A DNA stretch of 64,000 nucleotides from Promethearchaeati archaeon SRVP18_Atabeyarchaeia-1 (GCA_037308085.1 CP147779.1:2688001-2752000); one strand, 5' to 3'; numbered from the stretch's first letter, positions 10,955-20,951 are shown. Notes: generated by a model not told the origin, from the sequence alone. Numbers and translations: made by a program.

Positions 10955-11773
10955 TTACTCAAAATCGGCGCACATCAACCCAAAATACGTTGGCGCCTGA
11001 TATGAGACGAACCTTGCTTTCATGGGAACACGCTCCAAAACGCCTTCCAGAATGGCCATTTGCCAGAGACTATCAGGCTTCGCGTTTTCCACAAACTGCA
11101 GATCCAGCGCAAGTATTTGCTTCAGGTTGTTTTCCCTTATTGCCTTTACCACCAGCTCGTCGTATTCTCTGGATGCCGGGTGAAAGCCGTACGGCCCAGA
11201 TTTGTCGTGGGCGTGCCCCTGATCTGCACTGGAGACAAAGGCTATCTTCCTCTGTGATTTCTCTGCAGTTCCAGCTATGACTCTGCCAAATTCCACAAGT
11301 TGGGTGAGCGGGATTTCTCTGGAAGGCGTCACGATGACTATTCGAGGTTTCTTCTTTTCTTTTGCGCCAAAAAACCATAAAGGTATTAGCACGCCCCAGT
11401 CCATCGGCATACAAGAGGCCGGCCCCTCACTAGTGCCATAATTCGCGCCTACAACGGGCAATCCTGCTTTCTTGGCGGCTTCGTAGATCTTTCGCGCGAG
11501 TTGATGGTTGCACTTGAAACGGGCGCTTACCGCCTTGCCATTATCTTCCAGGTTACCTGCAGAATATCGAGAGGTCACCACGCCGATTGTCCGGTCGAGC
11601 CTCAAGCCGTGAGGCGTCGCTATGATTATCGTGTCTGGTCTATGACTCCTCATATGCCTGGCTAACTCTTCCATGCCTCTTCTTGTTTCGCCGAAAGCCT
11701 CCAACTTGTCACCAGCAAGTTCAGGAATAGCCTCAGACCCGTGCGGCGCTACACAAGCATAAACAATACCCAT
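10955..11773 (-). CDS. LigB-like extradiol ring-cleavage dioxygenase family protein
   Basis: APHG, TPHG, DWG..IPL and SADQGH motifs. Confidence 0.82.
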   Translation of the reverse strand: MGIVYACVAPHGSEAIPELAGDKLEAFGETRRGMEELARHMRSHRPDTIIIATPHGLRLDRTIGVVTSRYSAGNLEDNGKAVSARFKCNHQLARKIYEAAKKAGLPVVGANYGTSEGPASCMPMDWGVLIPLWFFGAKEKKKPRIVIVTPSREIPLTQLVEFGRVIAGTAEKSQRKIAFVSSADQGHAHDKSGPYGFHPASREYDELVVKAIRENNLKQILALDLQFVENAKPDSLWQMAILEGVLERVPMKARFVSYQAPTYFGLMCADFE

Positions 11774-12169
11774 GGCATCTAGCTCTCACACCTACAAATT
11801 TAAGCTTATGTTTTGACTCCTTGAAGAAGATTCATACCTTTGAGCGCGGCGACAACCCCACGACCGCTTGGAACGACGGCATCGAATCAAGAATAAGAAG
11901 AGGGAGATTTCGGTCATTCCTGCCCGTCCTGCTGCTACCGATGCTCTTCTTGGACTTTGCCCTGAGAGTATCTTGAGGTTACAGTCTGCCAGAACTACGA
12001 GATCTTTATAAGGAAGAGAAGCGGACATATGTAGAACTCATCAGGTCTCTGTATACTATTTGGGGAGGCTGTATATCTCATCCAACTTGTATACCCACGT
12101 GAAACAACGACTAGGGAATGGTGATTGAAGCTGATATCGAATAATAGAAAACAAAGGAGGTTTGCAGGA

Positions 12170-12283
12170 ATGTGTAAAGATCTTGACGACGAGATCGTCT
12201 ACCTAGACGACTACGACGAAGATGTCAAAGAAGTCAAATCAGAAGCAGAACAGAAAGAACCGTCGATTGTTTTTTCGAAATGA
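12170..12283 (+). CDS. Possible 37-aa acidic small protein (MCKDLDDEIVYLDDYDE...)
   Basis: Clean ORF preceded by GGAGG; below the ORF-track length cutoff. Confidence 0.35.
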   Translation: MCKDLDDEIVYLDDYDEDVKEVKSEAEQKEPSIVFSK

Positions 12284-12513
12284 AATCCGAAACGAATTTG
12301 CATTTCCCTGCTTTTACGCTGGAATGAAATCCGAACTGGATTTCGTGTTTTTCTGCATTTTGCCTGAACCTTCCCCTTCCTTGGCAACGGAACCACACCC
12401 TGTCGACCAAGTCATCATCGACCCGCAGTACTATGCCAAGCAACGAACTCGATAGAACTCGCGCTATCAGCGCGAAAAAAGAAGAGGGAATTGGGCAATC
12501 CCACGCTGGCCGT

Positions 12514-12652
12514 CTACATCTGGAAGCCTGTCTTGCCAGCACCCACATCGTCAGGGCAGTCTCAAGCTCCTCATGCTCCTCAGCATAATCGCTGACCTTG
12601 ATACCCCCCATCACAGCATCAATCGCCTACCTAAAAGCACGAGGACCAGCAG
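12514..12652 (-). repeat. RLP 3'-end copy R1 (internal stop and frameshift)
   Basis: Minus strand reads AGPRAFR*AIDAVMGGIKVSDYAEEHEELETALTMW/../GKTGFQM*, matching the RLP C-terminus at 24295-24458. Confidence 0.93.
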
Positions 12653-12902
12653 TAGAACGCTCGGGAGTAGGCCACACCTTGCACTGCATGATTATGGTTC
12701 GACGGCTCACCTTACGCAGTGTGGTTTACTTCTATTGAGACTCGTGTAACCACTTTTAGTTGCAGTGATGCAAGGAGAATGATTCGAAATATGAACCAGT
12801 GTGCCCCTCGTTGAGCTATCTCTGGATTTGCTTAACAAAAAAGAGGGATGGAAGCTCTGCAGGAAGGCCGATGCCACAACCGGGATGACGTCATGGTCTG
12901 TG

Positions 12903-13550
12903 CTATTTGCGCCTCATGTACATTAGGGCTGCTACGATCACAAGAAGGGCTGCTGCTCCCCCAGCAACCAATACAAGCGTCAGCGGTATGCCGCCCGACT
13001 CGATATAATATGAGTTCAGCGTGTAGTTTTCCGTTAATCCTGCTCCATTGTTGTATCTCCAAACGAGGAGGACGCCGGTGAGTTTGTCTATGTAAGCTAC
13101 GACGTTGATGTCCATGATTGTTCCATTGATGTAGTTGGCTGTCCAGTAGCGCCCAGCGATATGATAGTTGGAGACCGTTGAGTTGAATTTCCAGCCTCCT
13201 GAACTAGGATACGGTGCCTCTCCTGCCGTGATGTTCGCTGCTACGAATCGCCAAATGCCATATTGGTACACATTCACATCGAAGGTGCCCGAGTGAGTAT
13301 TGTTCACGGAACCTCCCGGGTTGTACTCGGTCTTCTCTAGTGTGAGTACTGAGCCGCTGACTGCGGTGACGCGAACCCTAATTGCGTTGATAGCAAAGCC
13401 CGCCGCACTATAGGCGTAATCGTAGTAGGCATTTGTTCCCACAACTGCTCCCGGCTTAGTGTAGTCTGCTGCGCGTGTTGGGGCAAAGCTTGAGGAAACG
13501 ACCAATAGAATCGACAATGCCACCAGCGCGCAGGCTATTCCCTTTCTCAA
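12903..13550 (-). CDS. Secreted, C-terminally membrane-anchored hypothetical protein
   Basis: N-terminal signal peptide, N-x-S/T sequons, D..TG.L motif, C-terminal transmembrane helix followed by RRK. Confidence 0.8.
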   Translation of the reverse strand: MRKGIACALVALSILLVVSSSFAPTRAADYTKPGAVVGTNAYYDYAYSAAGFAINAIRVRVTAVSGSVLTLEKTEYNPGGSVNNTHSGTFDVNVYQYGIWRFVAANITAGEAPYPSSGGWKFNSTVSNYHIAGRYWTANYINGTIMDINVVAYIDKLTGVLLVWRYNNGAGLTENYTLNSYYIESGGIPLTLVLVAGGAAALLVIVAALMYMRRK

Positions 13551-13726
13551 GTGTTGTTACTCTCCATCTTCTTTCCCTATTCGCCCCTTATTGATTGATT
13601 GAGTATGTATCGTTTCAGTATTTTAAGTTTGCATCGCGTCAGCTACGGCCCTCGAGGCTTCTGGATCGCAGCTTAGGGTCGCTTGACGTTTTTCCCAGTC
13701 TCTTAAGCGCGCACGCTTACTAAGGC

Positions 13727-13762
13727 AAAAAGAAAAGTTGAGGAGAATCGAATTATTCTCCT
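13727..13762 (-). terminator. Hairpin plus oligo-T terminator downstream of RLP copy R2
   Basis: GGAGAAT-cgaatt-ATTCTCC inverted repeat, followed by a T-rich tract on the minus strand. Confidence 0.55.
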
Positions 13763-13771
13763 TCAGCGCTC

Positions 13772-13807
13772 TTACATCTGGAAGCCTATTTTACCAGTAC
13801 CATCTTC
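13772..13807 (-). repeat. RLP 3'-end copy R2 (short)
   Basis: ttacatctggaagcctattttaccagtacc = G-T-G-K-I-G-F-Q-M-TAA on the minus strand. Confidence 0.8.
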
Positions 13808-13887
13808 ACTCTGAAAAACGGAGCCGACGAGAACTCCACACCTTGAAGCAGCCAAAAACCAAATTAAAACTACTAAGATCTATTCTG

Positions 13888-14256
13888 CTATTTCTTCCTA
13901 TCCAAGTTTTCCTTAACTCTATAGCTCACTATTCTCTTTACTAGGTCAAATGGAATTGGCTTATTCATAGGAAATCTGACGGTACCTTTGCTTACTTCAT
14001 AATCAGACAACTCTTCTTTGAATGCCTCAATACCTGATGAAGTGGGATAAAACCCAATATGATTCTTAAAGGCTGCAAAATGAACCAAGTTACCATTTAA
14101 TTTGAAAGTAGGAATTTGATAACTGATTGCCTCTTCTGCTTTAGGCGCTGAGTCCCTAATTGCCTGCCTCAGCTCCTCCAAAATCCTCTGCACATTCTTA
14201 GGAAAAGTAGCAATATACTCATCTATCGTTTTGAACACTTTCCTAGGTGTTGCCAT
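13888..14256 (-). CDS. DUF1801/YdhG-like protein
   Basis: IDEYIA, EEAISYQIPTF, FAAFKNHIGFYP, KGTVRFP. Confidence 0.9.
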   Translation of the reverse strand: MATPRKVFKTIDEYIATFPKNVQRILEELRQAIRDSAPKAEEAISYQIPTFKLNGNLVHFAAFKNHIGFYPTSSGIEAFKEELSDYEVSKGTVRFPMNKPIPFDLVKRIVSYRVKENLDRKK

Positions 14257-14386
14257 AGCGCTTCCCTGCAATCAATATTTCTTAGACGAAAAATCACCCA
14301 GAACCTAATGAGCACTCCGATTTAAAGACACAGATCCAATTCCAGCACGCGCATGCGCCATTTCACTCTGTTCGCTATATGCGGCC

Positions 14387-14671
14387 TCAGGCAACCTCAT
14401 GATAGAAGTTAACTTCGATGCCAGCCATAATCGGTCCGATATTCTTGAAAAACTCCTTATAGTATGGCGTCGAACCATGGTACTTCAAGGCTTCATCGCT
14501 CTCATATTTCTCAAAGATAAGGAATTGGTTCGGGTTTTTGACGTCTTGGTGGAGAACGTAGGCTATTGCACCAGGGTCTTTACGGACTTTGGGAGCAAGC
14601 TTACGGAACTCCCGCTCAAATTCCTCTCTCTTACCCTCAACTACCTTGATTACAGCCACTACAACAATCAT
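14387..14671 (-). CDS. Putative quinol monooxygenase (ABM domain)
   Basis: DPGAIAY.L, F.IFEKY.S.EAL..H pattern. Confidence 0.85.
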   Translation of the reverse strand: MIVVVAVIKVVEGKREEFEREFRKLAPKVRKDPGAIAYVLHQDVKNPNQFLIFEKYESDEALKYHGSTPYYKEFFKNIGPIMAGIEVNFYHEVA

Positions 14672-15039
14672 GGCCTAAATACCTCCTCTCGGTGATGGCG
14701 ACAACAAAAGATGTACACCATTCAACATATCAAAATATCGAGAGGGGCCGTAAAATACTGGTTTGGACTTTGAAGCGTGGGCTATAATGGTTAGTGTTCA
14801 TAGGATGAAGCATTGGGCAGAAACCACCAAAAAAGAAGGTTGTAGGTCTATAGAATAGAAAATTGTGCCTATGGTCTCATCTACACAATTCGACCTTGAG
14901 TCATAATTCCATCCCATCCCCTTAGGTCAAGAAATGCGACTATCTCAAATAAGATAAACAGGGATGAGTCTCTTGACAATGCCAGTGCGCCAGAAAAAAG
15001 AAAAAGAGAGAAGGATTTACCTACTACAGCTCGGTTCCC

Positions 15040-15196
15040 TCACATCTGGAAGCCTGTTCTACCACCGCCCCACTTCGTGAGGGCAGTCTTAAGCTCCGAA
15101 TGCTCCTCAGCATAGTCACTGACCTTAATACCCTGCATCACAGCATCAATAGCCTGCCGGAAAGCATGAGTATCAACCGCTGAACCATCTTGGGGA
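15040..15196 (-). repeat. RLP 3'-end copy R3 (longest; colinear with 24295-24451)
   Basis: Minus strand reads PQDGSAVDTHAFRQAIDAVMQGIKVSDYAEEHSELKTALTKWGGGRTGFQM*, with no indels relative to the native gene. Confidence 0.96.
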
Positions 15197-15376
15197 GAGA
15201 GAGTTATTAGGGAATGACTCGCCTACCTACTGTGAACAGAAACTCAATCCATCCAAATGACATCTTGCAACGGACAAAGCCAGCTTCTAGTCTTGAATCG
15301 ATCGGAACGCGCAGAGTGAGCTTTAGCTGTGGGGAATCGCAGCCGGATACGACTAACCTGCGAGCGGGGTATTAGA

Positions 15377-15658
15377 ATGCAAGTGGAGGAGATACAGAAG
15401 AAGATTGCTCCCGCGCTAAGGCGTTACGGTGTGGCGAGAGCCGCGATCTTTGGCTCATACGCTAGGGGAGAAGAGAGAAAAGGAAGTGACATAGATATCC
15501 TCATCGAATTCGAAGGAGACAGGAGTCTACTCGATCTCGCCGGACTCAAGATCGAACTTGAGGAGGTCTTGGGAAGAAAGGTGGATGTCCTAACTTATGA
15601 CTCAATTCACCCTTTGCTTAGAGAGCGAATTCTGAATGAACAGAAGGTGATCCTATGA
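15377..15658 (+). CDS. Minimal nucleotidyltransferase (MNT) antitoxin
   Basis: FGSYARGE...SDIDIL motif; overlaps the downstream HEPN gene at ATGA. Confidence 0.92.
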   Translation: MQVEEIQKKIAPALRRYGVARAAIFGSYARGEERKGSDIDILIEFEGDRSLLDLAGLKIELEEVLGRKVDVLTYDSIHPLLRERILNEQKVIL

Positions 15659-16023
15659 AGAAGGATCCACTAGTATTCGTTGATCACATTCTCGAAAGCA
15701 TAGAAACGATAGAGGAATACGTTCGAGGAACAACAAAAGAAGAGTTCATGAGTTCGAAGAAAACTCAAGACGCTGTGATTAGAAGAATCGAGATCATTGG
15801 AGAAGCTGCAAAGAACATTCCGGAAGACATGAAGAAAACCCATCCCAACATACCCTGGAAAAGAATAGCCGGAATGAGAGACATACTGATCCATGGATAC
15901 TTCGGCGTCGACTTGGGATTAACGTGGAAAGTTGCCAGCGAAGAGATCGAGGAATTGAAGAACAAGATTGCGAAGGTAAAGAAAGATCTCCAGAAAGCAC
16001 GAGAAAAGGTAGCCAAGCAATAG
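15655..16023 (+). CDS. HepT-like (DUF86) HEPN ribonuclease toxin
   Basis: [25 protein letters not shown] (RX4H motif). Confidence 0.92.
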   Translation: MKKDPLVFVDHILESIETIEEYVRGTTKEEFMSSKKTQDAVIRRIEIIGEAAKNIPEDMKKTHPNIPWKRIAGMRDILIHGYFGVDLGLTWKVASEEIEELKNKIAKVKKDLQKAREKVAKQ

Positions 16024-16074
16024 CCCCAAAAAAGAAGAGAGAGAGAGGGATCTTCCTATTCCTTCTCGGTTCCC

Positions 16075-16193
16075 TCACATTTGGAAGCCCGTCTTACCCG
16101 TGCCCCACTTCGTCAGGGCAGTCTTAAGCTCCTCATGCTCCTCAGCATACTCACTAACCTTGACACCCTGCATCACAGCATCAATCACTTGCC
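16075..16193 (-). repeat. RLP 3'-end copy R4
   Basis: Minus strand reads QVIDAVMQGVKVSEYAEEHEELKTALTKWGTGKTGFQM*. Confidence 0.95.
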
Positions 16194-16559
16194 CATGAGC
16201 CATTGTTCAACCCAGCAAGTTTTCAACCTTGCAGCGCCTCAAGAAAGGGAATTGAAGAAGTTGACTACAAGTTGGCTTCCTCTGAAGCATATTCCCAAAT
16301 GCAATGGAATACTTCTATCTTTGTGTCGGAGCCTGTAAGCCAATTATAGACAACATATCTCTAGCCGTGAAGACAGATTCGACCTTGCATTGGAACCATG
16401 CGATGTGCCCATTGTTTGCCACATACTTTGTTCGTTCTTTCAGCACTTCGAACAGCATCCCTTCTTCAACCTCGAATACGCTGTATGACATAGATCCATG
16501 ATCGTCCACAACAAAGAAAGACTCTCTTTCGTATGTCGGGTGCGGTTTTTGGGTTGGTC

Positions 16560-17567
16560 TTAGCTTCTAGCAGGCCCTTTTCCGATAACCCTCAGTTTCG
16601 TCGTAAGAGGTGTGAGCGGAAGTCGTCGTGCCTTGATGGGGCCTTCGGGAGGCTTGCGTGAGATTTTCGGCTTAACGTTGGTTGGGTACACCCGATATAT
16701 TCCGTCCTCAATGTCATTAGGTACTTTCCAGAACCACGTATAGCTGTCTTGTGCATCGATAGAGAAGTCTTCGTCTATTCTGAAGGTGAGAGCTTTGCTG
16801 AAGTCGTCCTCTGTGCTGATTCGTTTGTCCTGTCTCGCTACTGCCCACATGATGGTTCCCCTGCGGTACCATGCCGGAGCACTGCCTGAGTCAGCCAAGC
16901 TGGTCAGGGTTATGCCAACTTCGCCCCCAGCCTTGCATGTCAGCCGATCCATTGTCCAGTCTACGATCCCGTAATCGTATCCCGGATTTGATTGAAACGT
17001 GACCCCGAGAGCGCCGTACGCAAGAATTCCGAGAACGACGATCAAGACGTAGTCGGGATACAGAATCGCCCAACCCAAGATAAACACTCCAGCAATGAAA
17101 GCCCCATAAACGCAACTCACATACAGTTGCAGATGACCATGTTCATACTTTGATTTCATGAACCCGGTGAGCTTGAGGTTTAGGGCGCTCTCAATGAGAC
17201 TTGCTCGCGTTGCTGCTGCATCCGCACTAACTTGGTAGATATGATCAATCAAGTGAAGCGCGATAATGAGTATCACAGTGACGGCCAGGACAGCTGCCTT
17301 AACGATATCTGGCAATACCGTGCCGATTGTCCCCGTCGGGATGAGTACGGACTCTGTTGCCAAGAGTGCTGTGATGAAGCTGAAGCCATATTTCCTCAAA
17401 CCATTCAGGCGTTCCTCGAAGCCATCAATCACTTCTCGTGCTGCCTTCCATTCCATTATGAGGTTGTTATTACTGTCTTCTCCTTTGTCAGTACCCGCGC
17501 TTCCCCCCTCCTTCACCGTTCTGATAAACTTCAGTGGAAGCACTGAGTACAGGCTACTATTTAGCAT
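16560..17567 (-). CDS. Hypothetical membrane protein with a C-terminal Ig-like soluble domain
   Basis: 335-aa ORF, 4 hydrophobic helices, then a beta-rich region (W.VP.....G.Y.V); start uncertain. Confidence 0.65.
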   Translation of the reverse strand: MLNSSLYSVLPLKFIRTVKEGGSAGTDKGEDSNNNLIMEWKAAREVIDGFEERLNGLRKYGFSFITALLATESVLIPTGTIGTVLPDIVKAAVLAVTVILIIALHLIDHIYQVSADAAATRASLIESALNLKLTGFMKSKYEHGHLQLYVSCVYGAFIAGVFILGWAILYPDYVLIVVLGILAYGALGVTFQSNPGYDYGIVDWTMDRLTCKAGGEVGITLTSLADSGSAPAWYRRGTIMWAVARQDKRISTEDDFSKALTFRIDEDFSIDAQDSYTWFWKVPNDIEDGIYRVYPTNVKPKISRKPPEGPIKARRLPLTPLTTKLRVIGKGPARS

Positions 17568-17925
17568 TATTGGGCTCTACGCAGTGAGATGGGTAGCGAT
17601 GAGAGTCATGCGGATCAGCCTTTTAAGTCGATCTGCCCAAACGCGGAAACGGAGAATTTCGCAGACCTTTGCCTGATGTCATTGGCACACTACTATCAGA
17701 TTAGCGCACATGCCTCTTCCCTTCTCCTCCTTCTTTGTTCCGCATAACTGCGGTGGAACTACTGGATAGGAGGCGCAATTTAGCGTTATTGGGCGGTGAA
17801 GGTGGGAGGTCATCGCAGCTACCCCCGCACTTTTCTCCCACCCTGTTTTTTGGCGCGCGCCAACTCCGTCCGTCTAGTAAGACTGCCAAATCAAGAAAGG
17901 GGAACGGAAATTCATTTATTCCCGA

Positions 17926-18062
17926 CTACATCTGGAAACCAGTTCTGCCACCGCCCCACTTAGTCAGAGCAGTCTTCCCAAGCTCCTCATGCTCCCCAGC
18001 ACATCCATTGACCTTGATGCACTGCATCACAACATCAATAGCCTGACGAAATGCACGAGCAC
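17926..18062 (-). repeat. RLP 3'-end copy R5 (small insertion)
   Basis: ctacatctggaaaccagttctgccaccgccccacttagtcagagcagtc...gcctgacgaaatgcacgagcac matches the native gene end. Confidence 0.93.
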
Positions 18063-18207
18063 TGAGGGCAAATGGCTGCCCATAATCCGCCTGTCATTGG
18101 ACGCGCGCACACTCTAGGGCGAAAAATGCCAACGGGAGAAGCGGTATAAAGGCGTTTGACGTAAGCCTCCTATGACGTATTCATCCTGAGGTGGGAGCGC
18201 AGAGAAG

Positions 18208-18600
18208 ATGGATCGTAGCAAAGACTGGATGGATGAAGCTGAAAGCGATCTTGATCACGCAAGAAGCGATCTCAAGCAAGGATTTAACAATTGGGCATGT
18301 TTCTCTACCCAGCAGTCTGCCGAGAAAGCCGTCAAAGCAGTATTCCAGAAAATGCACGCCGAGGCATGGGGCCACTCGGTAGCGGATCTTCTCACAGAAT
18401 TGTCAAAGAAACACAAAATCCCAAATGAACTTCAGGACAAGGCACTCGAACTCGACAAAGCGTACATACCAACTAGGTATCCTAATGCCCATCCATCGGG
18501 ATCCCCAAGAAGCAGATATACAAAAGACGAAGCAAGAAGGCTGATTAGCAATGCAGAGGAAGTACTCCGGTTCTGCAAAGATCTTCTATCCAAAGTATAG
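18208..18600 (+). CDS. HEPN domain protein (COG2250-like)
   Basis: W...A..DL..A, ACF..QQSAEKAVKA, GHS, YIPTRYP. Confidence 0.92.
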   Translation: MDRSKDWMDEAESDLDHARSDLKQGFNNWACFSTQQSAEKAVKAVFQKMHAEAWGHSVADLLTELSKKHKIPNELQDKALELDKAYIPTRYPNAHPSGSPRSRYTKDEARRLISNAEEVLRFCKDLLSKV

Positions 18601-18913
18601 CCGTGATGACTTACTGGAACTACTGAAGCTAAAAGTGGAAGCCCTTAAGAGAGTTCTCCAAGTATCCCTCGTCGCCTTATTTGGCTCATACGCAACAAAC
18701 TCCTACACCGCTGCGAGTGACATTGATTTACTCGTCGTCTACAAAGGACATGCCAAGGACGCTTATACAACAGTGAGGAAAGCATTTGGACTCCCTCTAT
18801 TGGAGCCTCATGTGTATTCCGAAGAAGAGTACACCACAATGAAAGAGACTCTTCACAAAATGACTGCTAATAGTATCACCATCTATTCAGATGGTAGCCT
18901 TCCACAGGGCTAG
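18551..18913 (+). CDS. MNT nucleotidyltransferase, partner of the upstream HEPN protein
   Basis: LFGSYA....AASDIDLLVV. Confidence 0.88.
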   Translation: MQRKYSGSAKIFYPKYSRDDLLELLKLKVEALKRVLQVSLVALFGSYATNSYTAASDIDLLVVYKGHAKDAYTTVRKAFGLPLLEPHVYSEEEYTTMKETLHKMTANSITIYSDGSLPQG

Positions 18914-19043
18914 CAGACGAGAAAAGTGAATGAGTCGGAAAGAAAATCTCCCAGTCCGACCTGCCGCTATTCTATCCAACCAAGCGCACGCCACGACTCT
19001 TCAAATACAAAAGGGCAAGTTCTTTGACTCCCTTCTCTACCAT

Positions 19044-19176
19044 TCACATCCGGATACCTGTCTTACTAGCATCCTAATTCGCCAAAGCAGTCTTCAACTC
19101 CTTATGCTCCCCAGCATAATCACTGACCTTGATGCCCTGCATCACAACATCAATAGCTCGCCTGAGAGCGCCAGCA
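19044..19176 (-). repeat. RLP 3'-end copy R6 (degraded)
   Basis: tcacatccggatacctgtc...gcagtcttcaactccttatgctccccagcataatcactgaccttgatgccctgcatcac, colinear with the native end. Confidence 0.92.
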
Positions 19177-19352
19177 ACGTATATGCAATACCAGACCTTC
19201 CCAGAATTCCACAAGTCAACTCGCTAGCTGATTAGAGGACAAGCCTCCAGCCTCGCAACGCTTATCTTTCAGCTTGCTAATAGAAGGAACAATAGAACCT
19301 TAGTCAAAGCTAATCGCCTCTTGCCGGTTATGACTTGGTGGGGAACTGCACC

Positions 19353-19769
19353 TTGGTCGAGAATCGCGCTGTCAGCACAACAAGCGATGTCGAGCATGCG
19401 ATCATTGAAGCCGTTAAACCGTTCAATAATCTCGTCCTAGTCTACCTTTTTGGCTCCTTTGCTAGCGGAAGACCTCATGCCTTCAGCGACGTTGACGTCG
19501 CCATATATTTCCGAGAGTTCTCTATGGCTGAATTCATGAAGGTTCACGGAGCTCTGAGCAGAGCGTTGGGAGCACAAGTGGACACCATTCCCCTCAATAT
19601 AGCCCCACCTCTCTTGAGATACGAGATATTGAAAAAAGGGAAACGGCTGATCTCCAAGGATGAGACAATCAGGATCGCCTATGAATCCAGAGCCATCTTG
19701 GAAGGATTAGACGAGAGACCACTAATCGAGGCAATAAGAGAGGCAAATCTGAGGAGAGTCTTGATATGA
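19353..19769 (+). CDS. MntA-like adenylyltransferase antitoxin
   Basis: YLFGSFASG....SDVDVAI, D...LN.APP.LRYEILKKG; start uncertain (19335 or 19353). Confidence 0.9.
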   Translation: MVENRAVSTTSDVEHAIIEAVKPFNNLVLVYLFGSFASGRPHAFSDVDVAIYFREFSMAEFMKVHGALSRALGAQVDTIPLNIAPPLLRYEILKKGKRLISKDETIRIAYESRAILEGLDERPLIEAIREANLRRVLI

Positions 19770-20182
19770 CCGCTGAGTCTGTCAGAGATGCCATCAACAA
19801 GCTAAAGGAATTATCCTCGAAGACATCAAGAACGATTTTCATGTCTGACTGGAAGCTTCAGGGAACAATCTTATGGCTATTATACACCGCTTTGCAGGGA
19901 TGCATAGATCTCGCCGCAAAACTAATCTCAGCCATGGGGAAGAAAACCCCCGACTCGTACTCCGATGCCTTCAGAATCCTTGGCGAAGCAAACGTTTTCA
20001 CCCCAGAAGAAGCCGAACGCTTCTCCAATATGGCAAAGTTCAGAAACGTACTAGCCCATTCCTACACCAGCGTCAACCTGGAACTTGTATTCGAGCAGCT
20101 CCAACATGGCATAGCTGACATCGAAAGCTGCCTAAGGAAACTCGTGAAGGAATCAAGCAAGCACAATCTCCTGCTCCCATGA
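19766..20182 (+). CDS. HepT-like HEPN ribonuclease toxin
   Basis: P.SY.D.F..L, FRNVLAHSY (RX4H motif); ATGA overlap with the antitoxin. Confidence 0.9.
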   Translation: MTAESVRDAINKLKELSSKTSRTIFMSDWKLQGTILWLLYTALQGCIDLAAKLISAMGKKTPDSYSDAFRILGEANVFTPEEAERFSNMAKFRNVLAHSYTSVNLELVFEQLQHGIADIESCLRKLVKESSKHNLLLP

Positions 20183-20237
20183 GACCGCAAACCACCAAGG
20201 AAAAGCAGAGGGAGTTTGGCGAGTGCCCCAATGCCGC

Positions 20238-20330
20238 CTACAAATGGAAGCCTATCCTACCGGCACCCGCTTGGTCAAAGCAGTCTCAAGCTCCACATGC
20301 TCCTCAGCATACTCGACCAGCTTGATGCAC
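20238..20330 (-). repeat. RLP 3'-end copy R7 (degraded)
   Basis: ctacaaatggaagcctatcctaccggcacccgcttggtcaaagcagtctcaagctccacatgctcctcagcatactc. Confidence 0.88.
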
Positions 20331-20369
20331 AGTGACAAGCGACCTTCAATTCCTTCCAAGGTCTACATG

Positions 20370-20696
20370 CTATTCATCCTCGTACTCCTCTTCTTCAACC
20401 TCCAAGTCAAGACCAAGCGTCCCAAGCTCCTCTATAGCCTCCCTTTTCGGCACATCCTTCGTGAAGTCTATATCATAGAGACCTCCATAAGCACTCCAAC
20501 CCCTCCCGATAAGGATCCTCAAGGTCTTAGCACAATCCTTGAGCCTGGAATGCAGTTCCTCTCCAAGCTTCTCCAACTCAACGGCGAAATCCTCGCCAAG
20601 CTCCTCACCCTCCAAACCGTCAAGCTCCCAAGCAGGCTTGCCAAACAAGGAAAGCATAACCCTACTAAACTTCCCAGCACCATCGCTATTGCCCAC
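20370..20696 (-). CDS. Acidic hypothetical protein (about 108 aa)
   Basis: GTG start after a GGTGAT ribosome-binding site; Glu-rich; third codon positions strongly G/T. Confidence 0.6.
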   Translation of the reverse strand: MGNSDGAGKFSRVMLSLFGKPAWELDGLEGEELGEDFAVELEKLGEELHSRLKDCAKTLRILIGRGWSAYGGLYDIDFTKDVPKREAIEELGTLGLDLEVEEEEYEDE

Positions 20697-20873
20697 ACAG
20701 ATCACCATCCAACTAGTGCTCCCAGCCTCGGCTTTAAAGACCACACCAGAAGGAAGAACCACTGTCGCCTCCCCACAAGGAGAGACAAATACAGATCTTT
20801 CTGGATGATGGATCACCGCACCAATGACGCAAAAAAAAGTGGAGTGGAGAACTCATGATTCTCCCCCAATTCT

Positions 20874-20936
20874 CTACATCTGAAAGCCTGCCCTGCCCGT
20901 ACCCCATTTCGTCAAAGCAGTCTTAAGCTGCTCGTG
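20874..20936 (-). repeat. RLP 3'-end copy R8
   Basis: Minus strand reads HEQLKTALTKWGTGRAGFQM*. Confidence 0.9.
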
Positions 20937-20951
20937 ACTAGGCAGGCACTT

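Noticed and set aside
12279-12335. 13-bp direct repeat aatgaaatccgaa (two copies)
   Set aside because: Only two copies, with no associated element or target-site context.
12234-12614. ORF-track proteins overlapping the repeats (e.g. 12234-12614, 16081-16338, 17735-18046, 18930-19235, 20223-20858, 24208-24477)
   Set aside because: They are frameshifted or antisense readings of the RLP 3'-end copies or of real genes.
16315-16509. Short minus-strand ORF inside a cassette
   Set aside because: No convincing start or recognisable family; possibly a gene remnant.
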